From Candidatus Acidiferrum sp. (GTDB lineage Bacteria > Acidobacteriota > Terriglobia > Acidiferrales > UBA7541), in contig DATHPN010000087.1 in NCBI GenBank assembly GCA_035483715.1, forward strand, positions 7,819 to 71,818: DNA of 64,000 bases, in the 5' to 3' direction. Both the position numbers and the translations under genes were made by a program. Positions 8,966 through 17,739 of the stretch are shown one piece after another (positions within the stretch are counted from its first letter, which is position 1; each line of letters opens with the position of its first letter). The notes beneath the pieces were generated by a model. That model made no database searches. It saw nothing but the letters and a program-made list of their open reading frames with translations, and was not told the DNA's origin.

Positions 8966-9657
8966 CGCCCCGAATTGCGCGCGGGAGCCGTCTCGAAAAC
9001 GTCGCCCAGCGTCTCGCGCGCTTTCTCCCAGTCTTTCAGGAAACCTTCCAGCCCCCGGTCGGTCAGCGGGTGCTTGAAGAGCTGCTCAAAAACTTTGAAT
9101 GGCATGGTGCCGATATGTGCGCCCATGCGCGCGGCCGCCACCACGTGCAGCGGGTGGCGCAGGCTCGCGGCCAGCACTTGCGTCGGAAAATCGTACGCCT
9201 GGAAGATGTCCATGATTTCGCGCAGCAGCGTCAGGCCGTCGGAAGCAATATCATCGAGGCGGCCGAGAAACGGGCTGACGAAATACGCGCCGGCCTTGGC
9301 CACGATCAGGGCCTGCGGCGCGGAAAACACCAGGGTCATGTTGACGCGAATGTTTTCCTTGGAGAGGATGCTCAGCGCCCGCACACCGTCGGGAATCGTG
9401 GGAATCTTGACGATGACGTTGGGATGCCAGGTGGCGATCTCGCGCGCTTCGCGCAGGATGCCCGGCGTATCCGTGGACACCACTTCGGCGCTGACCACGC
9501 CGTCCTTCAGGATCTTGGCGATCTCCAGAATGTGTTCGCGGAAGGGGCGCTTTTCCTTGGCCACCAGCGTGGGATTAGTGGTGACGCCGTCAATCACGCC
9601 CAGCGACATGCCTTGCCGGATCTCATCCAGGTTTGCTGTGTCCAAAAAGAATTTCAT
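8962..9657 (-). CDS. fsa: fructose-6-phosphate aldolase / transaldolase type 3B
   Basis: MKFFLDTANLDEIRQGMSLGVIDGVTTNPTLVAKE ... VIVKIP ... NMTLVFS: the classic short transaldolase/FSA family. Confidence 0.9.
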   Translation of the reverse strand: MKFFLDTANLDEIRQGMSLGVIDGVTTNPTLVAKEKRPFREHILEIAKILKDGVVSAEVVSTDTPGILREAREIATWHPNVIVKIPTIPDGVRALSILSKENIRVNMTLVFSAPQALIVAKAGAYFVSPFLGRLDDIASDGLTLLREIMDIFQAYDFPTQVLAASLRHPLHVVAAARMGAHIGTMPFKVFEQLFKHPLTDRGLEGFLKDWEKARETLGDVFETAPARNSGR

Positions 9658-9715
9658 GTTTGTTGCCTCCTTGGTCAGGACCGCGGCCTGCGCAGCGGGG
9701 AGGGCGCCGCAAGGG

Positions 9716-10507
9716 TCAATCCGCGGGATTCACAGCAGGATTTCGCAACGTGCCGACTCCGGGTATCTCAATTTCCACGACGTCGCCGGCCTTCATTGGC
9801 CCGACGCCCGCCGGCGTGCCGGTCGCAATTACGTCGCCCGGCAGCAGGGTCATTACCCGCGAAACCCAGGGGATTATAACATCAATGGGGAAGAGCATCG
9901 CGGTCAAGGGGGCGTACTGTTTCCTGACGCCATTCAACCGGGTTTCAATGGTTGCATGGGAGGCGTCGAACTCCGTCTCCATAACCGGGCCCAGAGGGCA
10001 AAATGTGTCAAAGCTCTTGGCGCGCGTCCATTGTTTGTCGAGGGCCTGGTAATCGCGTGCGCTTACGTCATTCAGAAGCGTGTACCCGGCAATGTAAGGG
10101 CGGAGATCGGCGCCGTCGCGCAACTGGTGACACTCGCGTGAAATAATCACAGCCAGCTCGCCTTCAAAATCAATGCGCTGCACCTCGGGCAGCAGGACGA
10201 TCGGATCGTCCGGCGCGAGAAGCGAAGACGGCGGCTTCAGGAAGATCAATGGTTCTTTCGGAGGAGCGTTATTGAATTCCGCGGCGTGGTCGGCGTAATT
10301 CCTGCCAAGGCAAACGATCTTGCTGGGCGCGACCGGCGGCAGCAGTTTCACATCCGCCAGCGGCCAGGACCGGCTGGTCACCTCCCACTTTCCAACAATG
10401 TTGCCGGAAACCTGGCGTACCGTCTCGCCGGAAATAACTCCCTGCATCACTTCCGGTGGCGCAGAAACGCCTGATTTCGCTTTGGCTTGAAAACGGCAGA
10501 GTTTCAT
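9716..10507 (-). CDS. fumarylacetoacetate hydrolase (FAH) family protein
   Basis: 263 aa. KIVCLGRNYADHAAE, DFEGELAVII, YTLLNDVSARD, KSFDTFCPLGP, LLPGDVIATGTPAGVG: FAH-fold motifs. Confidence 0.88.
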   Translation of the reverse strand: MKLCRFQAKAKSGVSAPPEVMQGVISGETVRQVSGNIVGKWEVTSRSWPLADVKLLPPVAPSKIVCLGRNYADHAAEFNNAPPKEPLIFLKPPSSLLAPDDPIVLLPEVQRIDFEGELAVIISRECHQLRDGADLRPYIAGYTLLNDVSARDYQALDKQWTRAKSFDTFCPLGPVMETEFDASHATIETRLNGVRKQYAPLTAMLFPIDVIIPWVSRVMTLLPGDVIATGTPAGVGPMKAGDVVEIEIPGVGTLRNPAVNPAD

Positions 10508-10541
10508 CGAATGATTTTTCCTTCTTGAGGGATTTGAGAAA

Positions 10542-11024
10542 TTAGTGCGCGGGGTGCCTGCCGGCGGGGACCGCGGTTTCCCGGGAATGAGTTATATGCT
10601 CGTGGCGAACGGCGGCGCACATTTGCAACACCCAATCGAGCACGGCCACAAAGCCGTAGGAAACCGCGCCAAGCACGAAAACGTGCAAGGCCCCCATGCG
10701 GCTTTCGAGCAGAGTGAAATGTATTTCCGCCACAATGTACGTTATGGTCAGGAGTGCCCAGGCCGTCAGGCCCGCAACGAAAAGCTTTCCGGGCCGGCGG
10801 CGGAAGCGAAGTACCGGAAACCCCAAGACCAGGATCAAGATCACGCCTGCCACAAGATTGCGCAATTCGGCAAAACGCCAGAGTTCGGTGACACGATTCG
10901 CGACTTCCAGCCAGGCCACGAAAATACAGGACAAATAGATCCCCGTCAAAACGCCGGTGCGCAACGACGCGATGCGCAACCAATAAAAATACCGCAATCC
11001 CGGGAGCTGGGGTCGGGCTGCCAT
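10542..11024 (-). CDS. hypothetical integral membrane protein
   Basis: 160 aa with four clear hydrophobic helices. The two overlapping ORFs in other frames look like GC-rich shadows. Confidence 0.5.
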   Translation of the reverse strand: MAARPQLPGLRYFYWLRIASLRTGVLTGIYLSCIFVAWLEVANRVTELWRFAELRNLVAGVILILVLGFPVLRFRRRPGKLFVAGLTAWALLTITYIVAEIHFTLLESRMGALHVFVLGAVSYGFVAVLDWVLQMCAAVRHEHITHSRETAVPAGRHPAH

Positions 11025-11047
11025 GCCATCCTTTCTCGAACTCCCGC

Positions 11048-12166
11048 CTAAGGGACGTCCGCCACTACAGCCGAACTCTTGGGGCTTTCGTTGCCCGCGC
11101 GGTCCAGAGCGGAAACACGATAGTAATATCGCCTTCCGGGCAGTACGGACATATCACGAAACGTCGGACTGGGCAATATTTCCGTGCTAACGCGCTCGCC
11201 AGGAGCGTTTTCCGCATCGCTGCGGTAAACGGAATACCCCGCCAGGTCGCTCTCTGGATTAATTGCCCACGATAGTTCGATGTATGCAGGGGCCTGGTTG
11301 GTTGCGGGGATGACTGTAATTTCAAGGCCGGTGGGCGTGGTCGGCGGAAAGACGTCACGCGGCGTGACCGTGGCCGGCGCGGAGTTCGCGGATTCGACAA
11401 AATCGGGGCCGAATTGGGCCACGGCGCGTACGGTGTACCAATATGGCGTTCCGAACTCAAAGTGCGAATCGCGAAACTCGGTGGAAGGCGAAGTCCCCGC
11501 AAGCTCCAACGGGGTTTTCAGCTTTGCCTGCGAAAGATCCTGCGGTGGATTTTCCTGACCGGATTGGAGTACTCCACGATAGACGCGGTACGCGCGCGAA
11601 GAAGCCCCCGGAGGCGCGGCGGCTTCCGCCCAGGTCACCACCAGCGCGGATTCCGTCACCTCCACGTGAACGTCTTGCGGCGCTTCCGGCGGCGGGTAGA
11701 TCCGCCCTGTGACAACATTAGAATCTTCGGAGGCTCGCGCTTTCGCCGCTCTGGCGCGCACCTTGTAAGCCAGCGACAACTCGGCTCCGTGAGAGATGTC
11801 GTCCGCCGTGAGGGGATCGTGAAACTCGATGCGTTCTCCGTTCAAATAGTGTTCCACCTGCTCGGAAGGAATCGTGTAAGCGAGACGCCACGCCGTCTTC
11901 TTGTCCGGGGTAGCGCCAGGCGGAAGCGCGGCGCGATAAATTTCGATCGTGGGGTGTTCGGGAAGATTTTCGCGGTCGAGCGATTTCACCGGTAAGGTGA
12001 AAGTCAGGGCGAACGAGTTGCCGTATTGCCGCGCGGCAAGGTCCGTGACTGCAACGGGAACCACCGGATGCCGGGCAACAGGTTCTCCGGGGGCCGCGCA
12101 CCCGGCCGCCAGAGCGCTTGCGAGGAGGCAGACCGCGAGGGCCAGAAGCGCGGCGGCGCGGATCAT
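11048..12166 (-). CDS. lipoprotein with fibronectin type III-like repeats
   Basis: Lipobox LLASALAAGCAAP. Repeated beta-rich modules ending in Y-x-Y-x-V-x-A-x-D motifs (YWYTVRAV, YYYRVSALDRAGNES), typical of FN3 domains. Confidence 0.7.
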   Translation of the reverse strand: MIRAAALLALAVCLLASALAAGCAAPGEPVARHPVVPVAVTDLAARQYGNSFALTFTLPVKSLDRENLPEHPTIEIYRAALPPGATPDKKTAWRLAYTIPSEQVEHYLNGERIEFHDPLTADDISHGAELSLAYKVRARAAKARASEDSNVVTGRIYPPPEAPQDVHVEVTESALVVTWAEAAAPPGASSRAYRVYRGVLQSGQENPPQDLSQAKLKTPLELAGTSPSTEFRDSHFEFGTPYWYTVRAVAQFGPDFVESANSAPATVTPRDVFPPTTPTGLEITVIPATNQAPAYIELSWAINPESDLAGYSVYRSDAENAPGERVSTEILPSPTFRDMSVLPGRRYYYRVSALDRAGNESPKSSAVVADVP

Positions 12167-12193
12167 CTCTTCACCATCGGCTTCACCATGGCG

Positions 12194-13615
12194 TCAGAGG
12201 ATGTACCGGCTGAGGTCCTGATTCTTCACGATGTCGGCCAGCTGCTTGGTGACGTATGCTCCGTCCACTTTCACATTCTTTTTCTTCAGGTCCGGCGCCT
12301 CGAAGGAAATTTCGTCCAGCACTTTTTCGAGGATGGTGTGCAGGCGTCGCGCGCCGATGTTTTCCGTTTGCTCGTTGACCATGACGGCGTAGCGCGCCAG
12401 GGTGGCAATCGCGTCTTCGGTGAAATTCAGCTTGAGGCCTTCTGTATCCAATAGTGCAATATACTGTTTGATTAAAGCATTCTTGGGCTCGGTGAGAATG
12501 CGCACGAAATCGGCCTCGGTCAGGGCCGTAAGTTCGACGCGGATGGGCAGTCGGCCCTGCAGCTCGGGGATCAGGTCGGAGGGCTTGCTGATGTGAAACG
12601 CTCCCGCGGCGATGAACAGAATGTGGTCGGTGCGGATCATGCCATAGCGCGTGTTGACCGTGGTGCCCTCGACGATCGGCAGGATGTCGCGCTGCACGCC
12701 TTCGCGGGAGACGTCCGGGCCGTGCCCGGACTCGCGCCCGGCGATCTTGTCGATTTCATCGATGAAGATGATCCCCATCTGCTCGGCGCGCTCGACGGCC
12801 AGGCGCGTCACTTGATCCATGTCGATCAGTTTGTTTTCTTCTTCCTGGATCAGGTAATCGAAGGCCTCGGCCACGGTCATTCTCCGGCGCCTCTTCTGCT
12901 GGCCGAAAATTCCCGAGAGCATGTCCTTGACGTTGATGTCCATTTCCTCGACGCCCTGGCTGGAGACAATTTCAAACGCGGGCGTCGATCGCTCGCGCAC
13001 CTCGACTTCCACCAGGCGCTGGTCGAGCTTGCCGTCGCGCAACTGCGCGCGCAGCTTCTCGCGCGTACGGTCCATCTGGTCGCGCCGGGGCGCTTCGATC
13101 TGCGGGGCGGAGGAGTTGGGCGCCTCGGGCGGCATGGGAGGAGAAGCGGGGAGCAGCAGATCGAGGACGCGCTCTTCCGCGGCGTGCTCGGCACGCTCGG
13201 CCACTTCGTCCAGCTTTTCCTCGCGCACCATGTCAATGGAGGTTTCGACCAGATCGCGCACCATGGATTCCACATCGCGGCCGACGTAGCCGACTTCCGT
13301 GTACTTGGAGGCCTCCACCTTGATGAACGGGCAGCCGGCCAGGCGCGCCAGGCGCCGCGCGATTTCCGTCTTCCCAACACCTGTGGGCCCGATCATCAGA
13401 ATATTTTTGGGGAGCACATCTTCCGCCATTTCGGGCGTGAGTTTCTGCCGGCGCACGCGGTTGCGCAGCGCCACGGCCACGGCGCGCTTTGCGGCGGCCT
13501 GTCCGACAATGTATTTGTCCAGCTCGATGACAATTTCGCGCGGAGTCAGCTCGTCAAACGACGGCTCAATCGCCGCTTCTGGTTCGTGCTGCTCGCCGGG
13601 AAGATAGATCACCAT
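12194..13615 (-). CDS. hslU: ATP-dependent protease ATPase subunit HslU
   Basis: 473 aa. [30 protein letters not shown], Walker [26 protein letters not shown], and C-terminal [10 protein letters not shown]. Confidence 0.96.
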   Translation of the reverse strand: MVIYLPGEQHEPEAAIEPSFDELTPREIVIELDKYIVGQAAAKRAVAVALRNRVRRQKLTPEMAEDVLPKNILMIGPTGVGKTEIARRLARLAGCPFIKVEASKYTEVGYVGRDVESMVRDLVETSIDMVREEKLDEVAERAEHAAEERVLDLLLPASPPMPPEAPNSSAPQIEAPRRDQMDRTREKLRAQLRDGKLDQRLVEVEVRERSTPAFEIVSSQGVEEMDINVKDMLSGIFGQQKRRRRMTVAEAFDYLIQEEENKLIDMDQVTRLAVERAEQMGIIFIDEIDKIAGRESGHGPDVSREGVQRDILPIVEGTTVNTRYGMIRTDHILFIAAGAFHISKPSDLIPELQGRLPIRVELTALTEADFVRILTEPKNALIKQYIALLDTEGLKLNFTEDAIATLARYAVMVNEQTENIGARRLHTILEKVLDEISFEAPDLKKKNVKVDGAYVTKQLADIVKNQDLSRYIL

Positions 13616-13644
13616 AATTTACGTTCCACCTTCCGAAAACATGT

Positions 13645-13718
13645 GTCGCCGGCGTCTCGCCGGCGGTTTTCTTATACAAATGCGCGAGTGCAAAATCACC
13701 GGCAAGATGCCGGCGCTA
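13645..13718. repeat. PAL-C palindromic repeat copy 1 (degenerate)
   Basis: GTCGCCGGCGTCTCGCCGGCGG ... CACCGGCAAGATGCCGGCGCTAC, sitting in the hslV-hslU spacer. Its right end overlaps the hslV stop. Confidence 0.75.
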
Positions 13719-14267
13719 CAACTCTTCAATCGTGAAATTCCCATTCGTGAATATACAAATTTCGCTGGCAATCCGCATGGACTCCTGAGCGATCTCTTTT
13801 GCGGGCATCTTGGTATGGGCGGCAAGCGCCCGGGCCGCAGCCAGAGCGAACGGGCCGCCGGAGCCGATGGCGCAGATGCCGTCGTCGGGCTCGATGACGT
13901 CGCCGTTTCCGGACACCAGAAAAGTGGACTTGCCGTCCGCAACGATCAGCAGCGCTTCGAGATGCCGCAGCGCGCGGTCCTTGCGCCATTCCTTGGCCAG
14001 CTCGACCGCGGATTTCGCAAGATTCCCCTGATGTTCCTGCAGCTTCCCCTCGAATCGCTCGAACAGCGAAAGCGCGTCCGCCGTCGAGCCGGCAAAACCT
14101 GCCAGAATTTTTTCGTTGAACAACCGCCGCGTTTTTCGCGCCGTATGCTTCATGACGTGTTCGCCCATGGTGACCTGGCCGTCCGCGGCGATCACCACTT
14201 TGTTGTCGCGGCGCACGCACAGGACCGTGGTGCCGTGCATCCGCGTGGAATTCCGGCTCATTGGCAT
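13716..14267 (-). CDS. hslV: ATP-dependent protease subunit HslV
   Basis: 183 aa. [25 protein letters not shown] ... GFAGSTADA ... GSGG: proteasome-like Ntn hydrolase. An alternative start at ATG 14240 (MHGTTV) would leave a short propeptide before the catalytic Thr. Confidence 0.95.
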   Translation of the reverse strand: MPMSRNSTRMHGTTVLCVRRDNKVVIAADGQVTMGEHVMKHTARKTRRLFNEKILAGFAGSTADALSLFERFEGKLQEHQGNLAKSAVELAKEWRKDRALRHLEALLIVADGKSTFLVSGNGDVIEPDDGICAIGSGGPFALAAARALAAHTKMPAKEIAQESMRIASEICIFTNGNFTIEEL

Positions 14268-14558
14268 CAGAGGATTATACCGCGAGCGGCGGTTGCGACC
14301 AACGCGGGGTTCAAAATTGACTTGTGGGCCGTTTCAATTCTCCCGCTGAATTGCAGCGCCGGCTTCCCGAAGAAGTCTGAGGGTTTTTGCAAGGGGTATT
14401 ACTTCCGACTGCTCCGCGATCCCCGCAGAACCTGCGACGGCGCCCGCCGAGGCGCTTGAAATTCATGCAAATTCCCTGAAATTATGTCGAAGGTGCCTTC
14501 TCCCATCCGTCATACATTCAGGAGCACAAAGGTGCTCAAAATTGTTTCCAAAGGAGGA

Positions 14559-14936
14559 ATGGCGATGCAATTTGCCCTGATGATCTACCACTCACCGGAA
14601 GAATTTGCCATCCGGAAGAACGATTATAACGATCCTCATCTCGGCGCCTGGCGGGCTTACTACAAGGCGCTCGTCGAGGCCGGCGTCTACGTCGGCGCCA
14701 ACGCGCTGGAAGTGCCCGAGACAGGAACGACAGTACGTCTCAGGGAAGGAAAACGCACAGTGCAGGATGGTCCATTCGCCGAGACGAAGGAGCAACTGGC
14801 AGGATTCATCATCCTGGAACTCCCTTCCGTTGACGCAGCCCTCGAATGGGCTGCGCGATGCCCGGGAGCATCGATCAGCGCAGTTGAAGTCCGGCCGCTG
14901 GCGCCGGAGGCCATGCGGCGGGGGTTCACAGGATGA
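14559..14936 (+). CDS. YciI/DGPF-domain family protein
   Basis: Internal start (ATG 14559 or 14565) behind AAAGGAGGA. MQFALMIYH...DGPFAETKEQLAGFIILE...EVRP is the YCII-related DGPF signature. Its stop overlaps the sigma factor ATG (ATGA at 14933-14936). Confidence 0.85.
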   Translation: MAMQFALMIYHSPEEFAIRKNDYNDPHLGAWRAYYKALVEAGVYVGANALEVPETGTTVRLREGKRTVQDGPFAETKEQLAGFIILELPSVDAALEWAARCPGASISAVEVRPLAPEAMRRGFTG

Positions 14937-16165
14937 ATGGAAGCATTCAGGAGGACACTCACCGGACCGTAGAGCGCGTGGCCCGAGAATCATACGGCCG
15001 TCTGGTGGCCTACCTTTCCTCGCACACACGCGACGTGGCTAGCGCCGAGGACGCTCTCAGCAATGCGTTGCTAGCGGCTCTCACGGCTTGGCCGCGTAAC
15101 GGCGTGCCACAGAATCCGGAGGCCTGGCTGCTGACGACGGCGCGCCATTCGCTCATCGATCTTATGCGTCATCAGCAAGTAGCGTTAGCCAGCGAGCCCA
15201 CTCTCTTGCTCCTCGGGGAGGATTCCACGGAAATGATTTTGTCGCCGGAGTTTCCAGATGAAAGGTTGAAACTGCTCTTTGTATGCGCCCACCCGGCGAT
15301 TGATCCGGCCATGCACACACCCCTTATGCTTCAGACTGTTCTCGGCCTGGATGCAGTGCGTATTGCCCATGCCTTCCTGGTCTCACCCAAGACGATGGGC
15401 CAGCGCCTGGTGCGATCTAAGACGAAGATCCGTGACGGCGGCATTCAATTCGAAGTCCCGCAAGAGCGTGAACTGGCGCAGCGGCTCGACGCCGTGCTGG
15501 AAGCAATTTATGCCGCCTTTGGGATCGGCTGGGATGACATGGCAGGCGTCGACCAGCGCGGCCGGGATTTGGCCGAGGAGGCGATCTGGCTCGGACGTGT
15601 CCTTCTCGAGCTAATGCCTGGGGAAGCAGAAGTCCGCGGTTTGCTGGCTCTCATGCTCCACTGTGAAGCCCGCAGACCGGCGCGACGGGGGCCGGACGGC
15701 CGGTTCGTTCCTCTGTTGGAGCAGGATTCCCGGCAGTGGTCGCAACCAATGATCGAAGAGGCGGAACAGCATCTTGCCCAGGCGCCGAGTCGAGGCCGCA
15801 CCGGCCGCTTTCAGCTCGAGGCCGCGATTCAATCTGTGCACGCTGAGAGGGCGCGCAGCGGCCGGACCGAGTGGGCTGCGATCGCACTGTTTTACGAACA
15901 ACTGATCCGCATCTCCCCGACGCTCGGGACGCGGACTGGATATGCCGCGGCTGTCGGCGAAGCAAATGGACCTGAAGCAGGGCTGGCGGCACTCGATGGG
16001 ATCGACCCGGACGATGTTTCCGCTTATCAGCCGTACTGGGCAGTTCGCGCTCACCTCCTGCAACGACTAGGCAAAACAGCCGAAGCCGCGGCGGCTTTCG
16101 ACCGGGCCATTGGTCTGGCCGAGGACCCGGCCGTGAGACAGTTCCTGCTCCAAAGGCGTGGCTGA
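14933..16165 (+). CDS. ECF sigma factor with long C-terminal extension (ECF42-like)
   Basis: 410 aa. Region 2 (SYGRLVAYLSSHTRDVASAEDALSNALLAAL...WLLTTARHSLIDLMR), region 4 (LKLLFVCAHPAIDPAMHTPLMLQTVLGLDAVRIAHAFLVSPKTMGQRLVRSKTKI), then ~200 aa of helical/TPR-like tail. Translational coupling to a DGPF protein is the genomic hallmark described for group ECF42. Confidence 0.85.
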   Translation: MNGSIQEDTHRTVERVARESYGRLVAYLSSHTRDVASAEDALSNALLAALTAWPRNGVPQNPEAWLLTTARHSLIDLMRHQQVALASEPTLLLLGEDSTEMILSPEFPDERLKLLFVCAHPAIDPAMHTPLMLQTVLGLDAVRIAHAFLVSPKTMGQRLVRSKTKIRDGGIQFEVPQERELAQRLDAVLEAIYAAFGIGWDDMAGVDQRGRDLAEEAIWLGRVLLELMPGEAEVRGLLALMLHCEARRPARRGPDGRFVPLLEQDSRQWSQPMIEEAEQHLAQAPSRGRTGRFQLEAAIQSVHAERARSGRTEWAAIALFYEQLIRISPTLGTRTGYAAAVGEANGPEAGLAALDGIDPDDVSAYQPYWAVRAHLLQRLGKTAEAAAAFDRAIGLAEDPAVRQFLLQRRG

Positions 16166-16315
16166 CTTTTTCCTGCCTGCTCTGTCGAAATGAGCTCCCT
16201 TCACCCGTCATCATTGTAGAGGCGGCTCCAGCGGAAATCTTTGCCGCCCGTATGCGCCGGCGAACGGAAACGCTGCAGCCTCTGAGGCCCTGCCTGGAGT
16301 CTAGAGGAGGTGAAT

Positions 16316-16462
16316 ATGTGCCCAGTATGCATCGCAAGCACAGCAGCAATGGTCGCTGGAGCCGGATCCACGGGAGGAATTCTGGCGGTCTACATCGGCA
16401 AGTTCAGAAAATTTTTCAGAACGAATCGTCTTGGATTAATTCAGAAAACAAAGGAGAAATAA
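16316..16462 (+). CDS. 48-aa micro-protein, CxxC plus one TM helix (not in ORF track)
   Basis: My own translation: MCPVCIASTAAMVAGAGSTGGILAVYIGKFRKFFRTNRLGLIQKTKEK. GGAGGTG Shine-Dalgarno lies 4 nt before the ATG. The stop TAA (16460-16462) is 1 nt before the DUF899 ATG (16464). Confidence 0.5.
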   Translation: MCPVCIASTAAMVAGAGSTGGILAVYIGKFRKFFRTNRLGLIQKTKEK

Positions 16463-16463
16463 A

Positions 16464-17267
16464 ATGGCAACGAGCACAAAGAGAGACATGGAAGACGGGA
16501 AAGGGCAACTAGCGATGAAAACACCCCCGATCGTCTCACAGGAGGAGTGGGAGGCTGCGCGCCTGCAGCTCCTCGTGAAGGAGAAGGCCTTCACCCGCTC
16601 ACGTGACGCGCTGGCCGCCGAACGCCGGCGGATGCCGTGGATGGCAGTGGAGAAGAGGTACGAATTCGACGGACCCAAGGGCAAAGTAAGCCTGCTCGAT
16701 TTGTTCGAGGGCCGCCCTCAGTTGATCGTCTATCGCGCCTTCTTCGAGCCCGGAGTGTTCGGCTGGCCCGAGCACGCCTGCCGCGGTTGCTCCCTGGGCG
16801 CCGATCAGGTTTCCCACCTGGCCCATCTGAACGCCCGCGACACTACCCTCGCCTACGCCTCACGCGCGCCGCAGGCGGACATCGCGCGCTTGAAGACGCG
16901 GATGGGCTGGGAGATGCCCTGGTACACCATCACCGATAGCTTCGATGTGGACTTTGGCGTCGATCAGTGGCACGGCCACAACGTGTTCTTCCGCGATGGC
17001 GAGCGGATGTTCCGCACCTACTTCATCAACAACCGCGGCGACGAGGCGATGGGGACCACCTGGAGCTACCTCGATATCACGCCGCTCGGCCGTCAGGAGA
17101 CTTGGGAGGTCTCGCCAGAGGGTTACCCGCAGGCTCCGCCGTACAAGTGGTGGAACTGGCATGACAACTACGAGGCCGAGGCTTCGCCCGTCGCGAAGTG
17201 GGTCGAGGTGTCCGACGCTGGAGAAGCTGCCTTCCGAAAGCGCGACAGAGAGGCGGATGCGAGCTAA
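16464..17267 (+). CDS. DUF899 thioredoxin-fold family protein
   Basis: 267 aa. EEWEAARLQLLVKEKAFTRSRDALAAERRRMPW, LIVYRAFFEPG...CRGCS, MGWEMPWYT, FFRDGERMFRTYF..RGDE: characteristic DUF899 blocks. Confidence 0.85.
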   Translation: MATSTKRDMEDGKGQLAMKTPPIVSQEEWEAARLQLLVKEKAFTRSRDALAAERRRMPWMAVEKRYEFDGPKGKVSLLDLFEGRPQLIVYRAFFEPGVFGWPEHACRGCSLGADQVSHLAHLNARDTTLAYASRAPQADIARLKTRMGWEMPWYTITDSFDVDFGVDQWHGHNVFFRDGERMFRTYFINNRGDEAMGTTWSYLDITPLGRQETWEVSPEGYPQAPPYKWWNWHDNYEAEASPVAKWVEVSDAGEAAFRKRDREADAS

Positions 17268-17294
17268 AGAAAAGCGACCACTTCGCCGCCTCGC

Positions 17295-17328
17295 GCAGCG
17301 GCTCGTTTTACACAGCCGCTGCGTTTTT
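17295..17328 (+). terminator. rho-independent terminator-like hairpin downstream of DUF899 gene
   Basis: GCAGCGGCT-CGTTTTACAC-AGCCGCTGC followed by GTTTTTCG: a 9-bp stem plus T-run. The right arm and T-run fall at the start of the hslV-homologous fragment. Confidence 0.55.
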
Positions 17329-17459
17329 CGAGTCGTGTGTTTCATGACGTGTTCGCCCATGGTGACTTGGCCGTCGGCTCCGATCACCACTTTGTTGTCG
17401 CGTCGCACGCACAATACGATGGTGCCGTGCATCCGCGGGGAATTCTTGCTCATTGGCAT
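17313..17459 (-). pseudogene. truncated second copy of the hslV 5' end (first ~49 codons only)
   Basis: Track ORF 16860..17459 starts [49 protein letters not shown]. That is 43/49 identical (manual alignment) to HslV residues 1-49 at 14121..14267. Similarity then ends and the frame runs antisense through the DUF899 gene. Confidence 0.85.
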
Positions 17460-17739
17460 CAGAAGATTAGAGCGGGACCAGCGGCCACGACCAATCCGAG
17501 GTTCAAAATAGACAGGTATATCGTTTCCATTTCAACTGTAGATTGCAGCGGCCTGTTTCTCAGGGAGCTCTTTGGACCCTTAGGGGGTAACTTCCGGGTA
17601 GCTCTTGATCCTCCCAGAATCGACCTGTTCCGCAGTTAATCAGTGTGACTGGCCTGTTAACATAAGCTAGAATTCGACCTGCTACAAAATCCTGATCCAA
17701 ATCTCGTTAAAGCCCACAACACGAGGGGGAGGGCTTCAA

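Noticed and set aside
16252-16512. 86-aa track ORF spanning the sigma-DUF899 spacer.
   Set aside because: It has no ribosome binding site and an Arg/Ser-rich composition, and it overlaps the DUF899 start. The alternative 48-codon frame (16316-16462) has a strong Shine-Dalgarno sequence and a coherent TM peptide.
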